Shown: piece by piece, positions 60,488 to 64,000 of the stretch
Numbering within the stretch: the stretch's first letter is position 1
Layout of the letters: every line of letters starts with the position of its first letter
NCBI GenBank assembly: GCA_965204495.1
Contig: OZ241989.1
Coordinates: 828,300-892,299 of the forward strand
DNA: 64,000 nt
DNA from: Candidatus Hopanoidivoransaceae bacterium
GTDB lineage: Bacteria > Actinomycetota > Acidimicrobiia > Acidimicrobiales > Hopanoidiivorantaceae
Direction of reading: 5' to 3'
Notes under the pieces: generated by a model
Seen by the model: the letters and a program-made list of their open reading frames with translations, nothing else
The model's database searches: none
What the model was told of the DNA's origin: nothing
Translations under genes and position numbers: made by a program

Positions 60488-61480
60488 CTACCTCCCCTCT
60501 TCGGCTTCTTCTGCGTCGCGGCGGTATTCTTCTTCAATCCGTTCGCCGGTGTGATGGAAGAACACATCGTCCAAAGTGGGCGTGCTGAGCGACACCTTCA
60601 CCACAGGCATCCCGGCAGCAGACAGAGCCAGAGCCACAGGGCTGATGGTGGCCGCGCCCTGAGACGAAGAAATCACTAGCTCCGAGCCTTTGGCCTCCAC
60701 ATGCTCCACGCCTTGCACTCCCCCCAGCACTGACCCAGCATCGGCGTCACCCTCAAAGCACTCGTCTGCGGGGCAGTCCAAATTCACCACGATCACATCT
60801 TTGCCCACCTGGTGCTTCAACTCTTCTGGCGTGTCTTCCGCCACGAGGTTGCCCGAGTTGAAGATGGCGACTCGCCCGGCAAGTTCGTCGGCCTCTTCCA
60901 GATACTGCGTGGTCAAGAAAATCGTCACGCCCATGTTCTGGTTGAGATGGCGTATCTCTTCCCAAACGGTGGCTCGGCTGGTCGGGTCTAGCCCGGTGGT
61001 GGGTTCGTCCAAGAACATCACCAAAGGGCTGTGGATGAGAGCGATGGCCACATCAAGCCTGCGTTTCATCCCGCCTGAATATGTGTGAACCCGCCGGTCT
61101 ATGGCGTCCATCTCCAGAATCGGCGCAAGCTCGTCAATCCGCTTGGTGATCTCAAGCGAGCTGAGTCCGTAATACCTGCCCTGTATGCGCAAGAGCTCTC
61201 GCCCCGTCATCTTCTCGTCCAATGCCGTGCTCTGCAGAGCAGCCCCGACCCTCTTGCGCACCTCGTGCGGGGCCTTAGTCACATCAAAGCCCGCCACCTC
61301 AGCCCGCCCCGAAGTGGGAGCCAAAAGCGTGCAGAGCATCTTCACCGCCGTGGTCTTGCCCGCCCCGTTCGGCCCCAGAAACCCGTAAATCTCCCCCTCC
61401 GCCACCTCCAAAGAAAGCTCGTCAACCGCCCGAAGCTCCCCAAAATGCCGAGACAAACTCTCAGCCGTTATCGCAGACAT
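60488..61480 (-). CDS. ABC transporter ATP-binding protein (DrrA-like)
   Basis: GPNGAGKTT, YSGGMKRRLD, FLDEPTTGLDP, LTTQYLEEAD, PTLDDVF. Confidence 0.93.
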   Translation of the reverse strand: MSAITAESLSRHFGELRAVDELSLEVAEGEIYGFLGPNGAGKTTAVKMLCTLLAPTSGRAEVAGFDVTKAPHEVRKRVGAALQSTALDEKMTGRELLRIQGRYYGLSSLEITKRIDELAPILEMDAIDRRVHTYSGGMKRRLDVAIALIHSPLVMFLDEPTTGLDPTSRATVWEEIRHLNQNMGVTIFLTTQYLEEADELAGRVAIFNSGNLVAEDTPEELKHQVGKDVIVVNLDCPADECFEGDADAGSVLGGVQGVEHVEAKGSELVISSSQGAATISPVALALSAAGMPVVKVSLSTPTLDDVFFHHTGERIEEEYRRDAEEAEEGR

Positions 61481-61652
61481 TCAACATAGTGTAGCGATGC
61501 AGACGGCGATAGCCGTCTTACCCGCTTTCGCTGTCTCGCCGCAACAGCCTCGCCTGTTGCCTCGCCTCCGCTGCTTCGCTGCGCTAAGCTTTGCAGCAGG
61601 TCTCTGCTGAAATGGAAAGGTGAGCTTCAGCGATGAAGAAACCAGTGCGCCG

Positions 61653-63380
61653 ATGCTGACACGCCTTGTCGTCCGCAACTTCAAGCTTTTTGAAGAAATT
61701 GACATAGAACTCGGCCAGCAGGTCGTGTTCATCGGCCCCAACAACTCTGGCAAGACTTCAGCATTGCAGGCTCTTGCCCTGTGGGACGAGGGGAGGATGA
61801 AATGGCTGAGCGCACGAGGGCACGGCGAAGTGCCCAGCAGAACCCGAGGCGTCACGATCAATCGTCAGGGCGTTCCTGCCTTGCCTGTGTCCAATTCCAA
61901 GATGCTCTGGCGCAATCTGCTGCTCCGGCAAGCAAGGGAGGGCAATCACAAGAACGGGCACATATTGATTGATGTGGAGGTGGAAGGGATAAATGTTTCC
62001 GCCGATGAGAACCGCTGGGCTTGCGGGTGGGAATTCGACTATACGAACCCCGAGTTCTTCTACTGCCGACCGCTTCGCCGAGAAGACGGCACTCGCATGG
62101 CTGTGCCAGAAGCCGTCAGCAATGTGCAGATGGCATATCTCCCCCCTATGTCGGGATTGACCGCGAACGAAGTCCGCTTGGATCAAGGGGCCGTCAATGT
62201 TCGCATCGGCGAGGGGCGAACGGCTGAAGTGCTGCGAAATCTCTGCTACAAGATAACCGAATCGCCCAACGGCGAAGACAGCTGGGAATTGCTGTGCGAG
62301 CGAGTGGAGAAGCTTTTCGGAAACAAGCTGGACCGCCCTCACTACATAGCCGACAGAGGCGAGTTGGAGATGACCTATCGCACGCCCGACGGCATCCAGC
62401 TGGATCTCACAGCCAGCGGGCGGGGCGAATTGCAGACGATTCTTCTGCTAGCCCACATGACCCTGAATCACGGTTCCGTGCTGCTGCTTGACGAGCCGGA
62501 CGCCCATTTGGAAGTCCTCCGACAGCGGCAGATCTATCAAGTGCTGAACGATGTGGCCGAAGAGACCAGCAGCCAGATCATCGCGGCCAGCCATTCCGAG
62601 GTGCTGCTGAACGAAGCAGTGGACAGAGATGTGCTGATCGCTTTCGTCGGCAAGCCTCACAGAATTGAAGAACGAGGCAGCCAAGTCGCCAAGTCGCTAA
62701 AGTCCATAGGCTTTGAGCACTACATTCAGGCGGTGCAAAAAGGCTGGGTGCTGTATCTTGAAGGCTCCACCGACCTCGCCACTCTTCTGTCTCTGGCCAG
62801 AAAGCTAGACCACCCTGCAGCAGAGCTGCTGGAAGCTCCGTTCGTGCATTATGTGGCAGACCAGCCGAATTTGGCGCTGGCGCACTTCTACGGCGTTCGT
62901 GAAGCAAAACCGGATTTGACAGGGATAGCCATTCTTGACAGACCTCCCCCCGGCAAGGAACTGCCCTCCGACCCGAATTTGAACCTGACGGCTTGGCGAA
63001 GACGCGAAATAGAAAACTACATCTGCCACCGTGAACTGCTGCTGAAATTCGCCGCCGCTGAATCAACCCGCGTCTATGGCGAAGGCAACCTGTTTTCCGA
63101 CCCGTGGCGAGAAGCCATGGAAGAGCGGATTTCAGAGTTGGAAAAGGCACGAGAAGTTTCTCGTCTTGAACCGCCTTGGGATGCCGATGTCAAAGTCAGC
63201 GACGAATTTCTGGATGCGGTCTTCGCTAACTTCTACGAAAGAATCGGTCTGCCCAACAGAATGCTGAAGACCAACTACCACCGCCTAGCCGAATTCCTGG
63301 AGCCGTCAGAAATAGACCCCGAAATCTCCGAAAAGCTGGAAGCCATCGTCCGAACTGCAAACAAAGCGACACCGGGCTAG
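61653..63380 (+). CDS. ABC-type ATPase + TOPRIM-like domain (OLD-family-like ATP-dependent nuclease)
   Basis: VRNFK, GPNNSGKT, ASGRG, LLLDEPDAHL, ASHS; YLEGSTD, ILD, RREIENY. Confidence 0.8.
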   Translation: MLTRLVVRNFKLFEEIDIELGQQVVFIGPNNSGKTSALQALALWDEGRMKWLSARGHGEVPSRTRGVTINRQGVPALPVSNSKMLWRNLLLRQAREGNHKNGHILIDVEVEGINVSADENRWACGWEFDYTNPEFFYCRPLRREDGTRMAVPEAVSNVQMAYLPPMSGLTANEVRLDQGAVNVRIGEGRTAEVLRNLCYKITESPNGEDSWELLCERVEKLFGNKLDRPHYIADRGELEMTYRTPDGIQLDLTASGRGELQTILLLAHMTLNHGSVLLLDEPDAHLEVLRQRQIYQVLNDVAEETSSQIIAASHSEVLLNEAVDRDVLIAFVGKPHRIEERGSQVAKSLKSIGFEHYIQAVQKGWVLYLEGSTDLATLLSLARKLDHPAAELLEAPFVHYVADQPNLALAHFYGVREAKPDLTGIAILDRPPPGKELPSDPNLNLTAWRRREIENYICHRELLLKFAAAESTRVYGEGNLFSDPWREAMEERISELEKAREVSRLEPPWDADVKVSDEFLDAVFANFYERIGLPNRMLKTNYHRLAEFLEPSEIDPEISEKLEAIVRTANKATPG

Positions 63381-63432
63381 CTACTCTGGGCTAGGGGCAC
63401 CGGGCTAGGGGCAACAGACTTTTCGTTAAGAG

Positions 63433-63506
63433 TGGAGCTGATGGGACTCGAACCCACGACCCCCTGCTTGCAAAGCAGGTGCTCTAGCCAGCTGAGCTAC
63501 AGCCCC
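63433..63506 (-). tRNA. tRNA-Ala(TGC), CCA not encoded
   Basis: Reverse complement GGGGCTGTAGCTCAGCTGG...CCTGC-TTTGCAA-GCAGG...GGTTCGAGTCC..CAGCTCCA. Confidence 0.96.
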
Positions 63507-63599
63507 GTGTGTGCTTATGCTAGCGGCAAATGCTGTTTATGCCTTGATCTGCGGAGAAAGTGCTTTAATCTGCGTTGAAACAGGCAAGCTAGATAGAAC

Positions 63600-64000
63600 A
63601 TGCTTGACATTCATTTGATTCGCAGAGACCCTGAAGGGGTGCGGGCTGGGATAGCGCGGCGGGGCGAAGGCTCGGTGGCGCTGGCCGACTTGGAGAAGGC
63701 GCTGGAGCTTGACAGGGAGCGGCTGCAGCGCATTCACGATCGGGACGCTATTCGCCATGAGATCAACGAGCTTTCGGGGCAGGTGCGGGATTTGCGGCAG
63801 GCGGGCAAGGTTGAGGAGGCCCAAGAACTGCAAGCCAAGAGCCGTCAGCTCGGGCACGAAGAAAGCCTGCACTCCGACCGTGTGGTGGTGCTGGACGAGG
63901 AGATACGCTCGCTGCTGCTCGCCATCCCCAACATTCCTGCCGCCGACTGCCCCGACGGGAGAAGCGAGGCTGACAACCCCGTGCTGAACTTGCATGATGA
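63600..64000 (+). CDS. serS: Seryl-tRNA synthetase, N-terminal part (truncated by the window edge)
   Basis: Manual translation MLDIHLIRRDPEGVRAGIARRG...LLLAIPNIPAADCPDGRSEADN; not in the ORF track. Confidence 0.93.
   Translation, partial: MLDIHLIRRDPEGVRAGIARRGEGSVALADLEKALELDRERLQRIHDRDAIRHEINELSGQVRDLRQAGKVEEAQELQAKSRQLGHEESLHSDRVVVLDEEIRSLLLAIPNIPAADCPDGRSEADNPVLNLHD

Noticed and set aside
63604-63609. TTGACA as a promoter -35 element
   Set aside because: It lies within serS codons 2-4 with no suitably spaced -10.

Overview
About 60% GC actinobacterial chromosome segment. Gene content and style suggest Acidimicrobiia, and the plant-type LRR/cadherin-like adhesin suggests a host-associated, possibly sponge-symbiotic lineage (inference). 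Core genes: helD, hemE/hemG, lnt, glnD-amtB, larB/C/E, glcDEF, pheA, pstP-pknB-pabA-crgA, serS and five tRNAs. There is a complete mycobacterial-type methylmannose-polysaccharide (MMP) gene quartet. Accessory inserts: a left-edge block of secreted/membrane proteins, an orphan MNT, a TdeIII-type R-M pair, a tRNA-Leu islet with a fused R-M protein and two broken genes, and an ATPase-TOPRIM gene at tRNA-Ala. The most unusual signals are compositional: (i) repeated local C/A-rich to G/T-rich strand-skew switches centred on insertion sites and some gene junctions; (ii) near-absence of ACGT and codon-level dodging of TCGA; (iii) pervasive short tandem duplications that create in-frame insertions in core enzymes. 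The ORF track misses a >640-aa secreted protein at the left edge and serS at the right edge. All family calls come from motif recognition by eye; no database searches were run.
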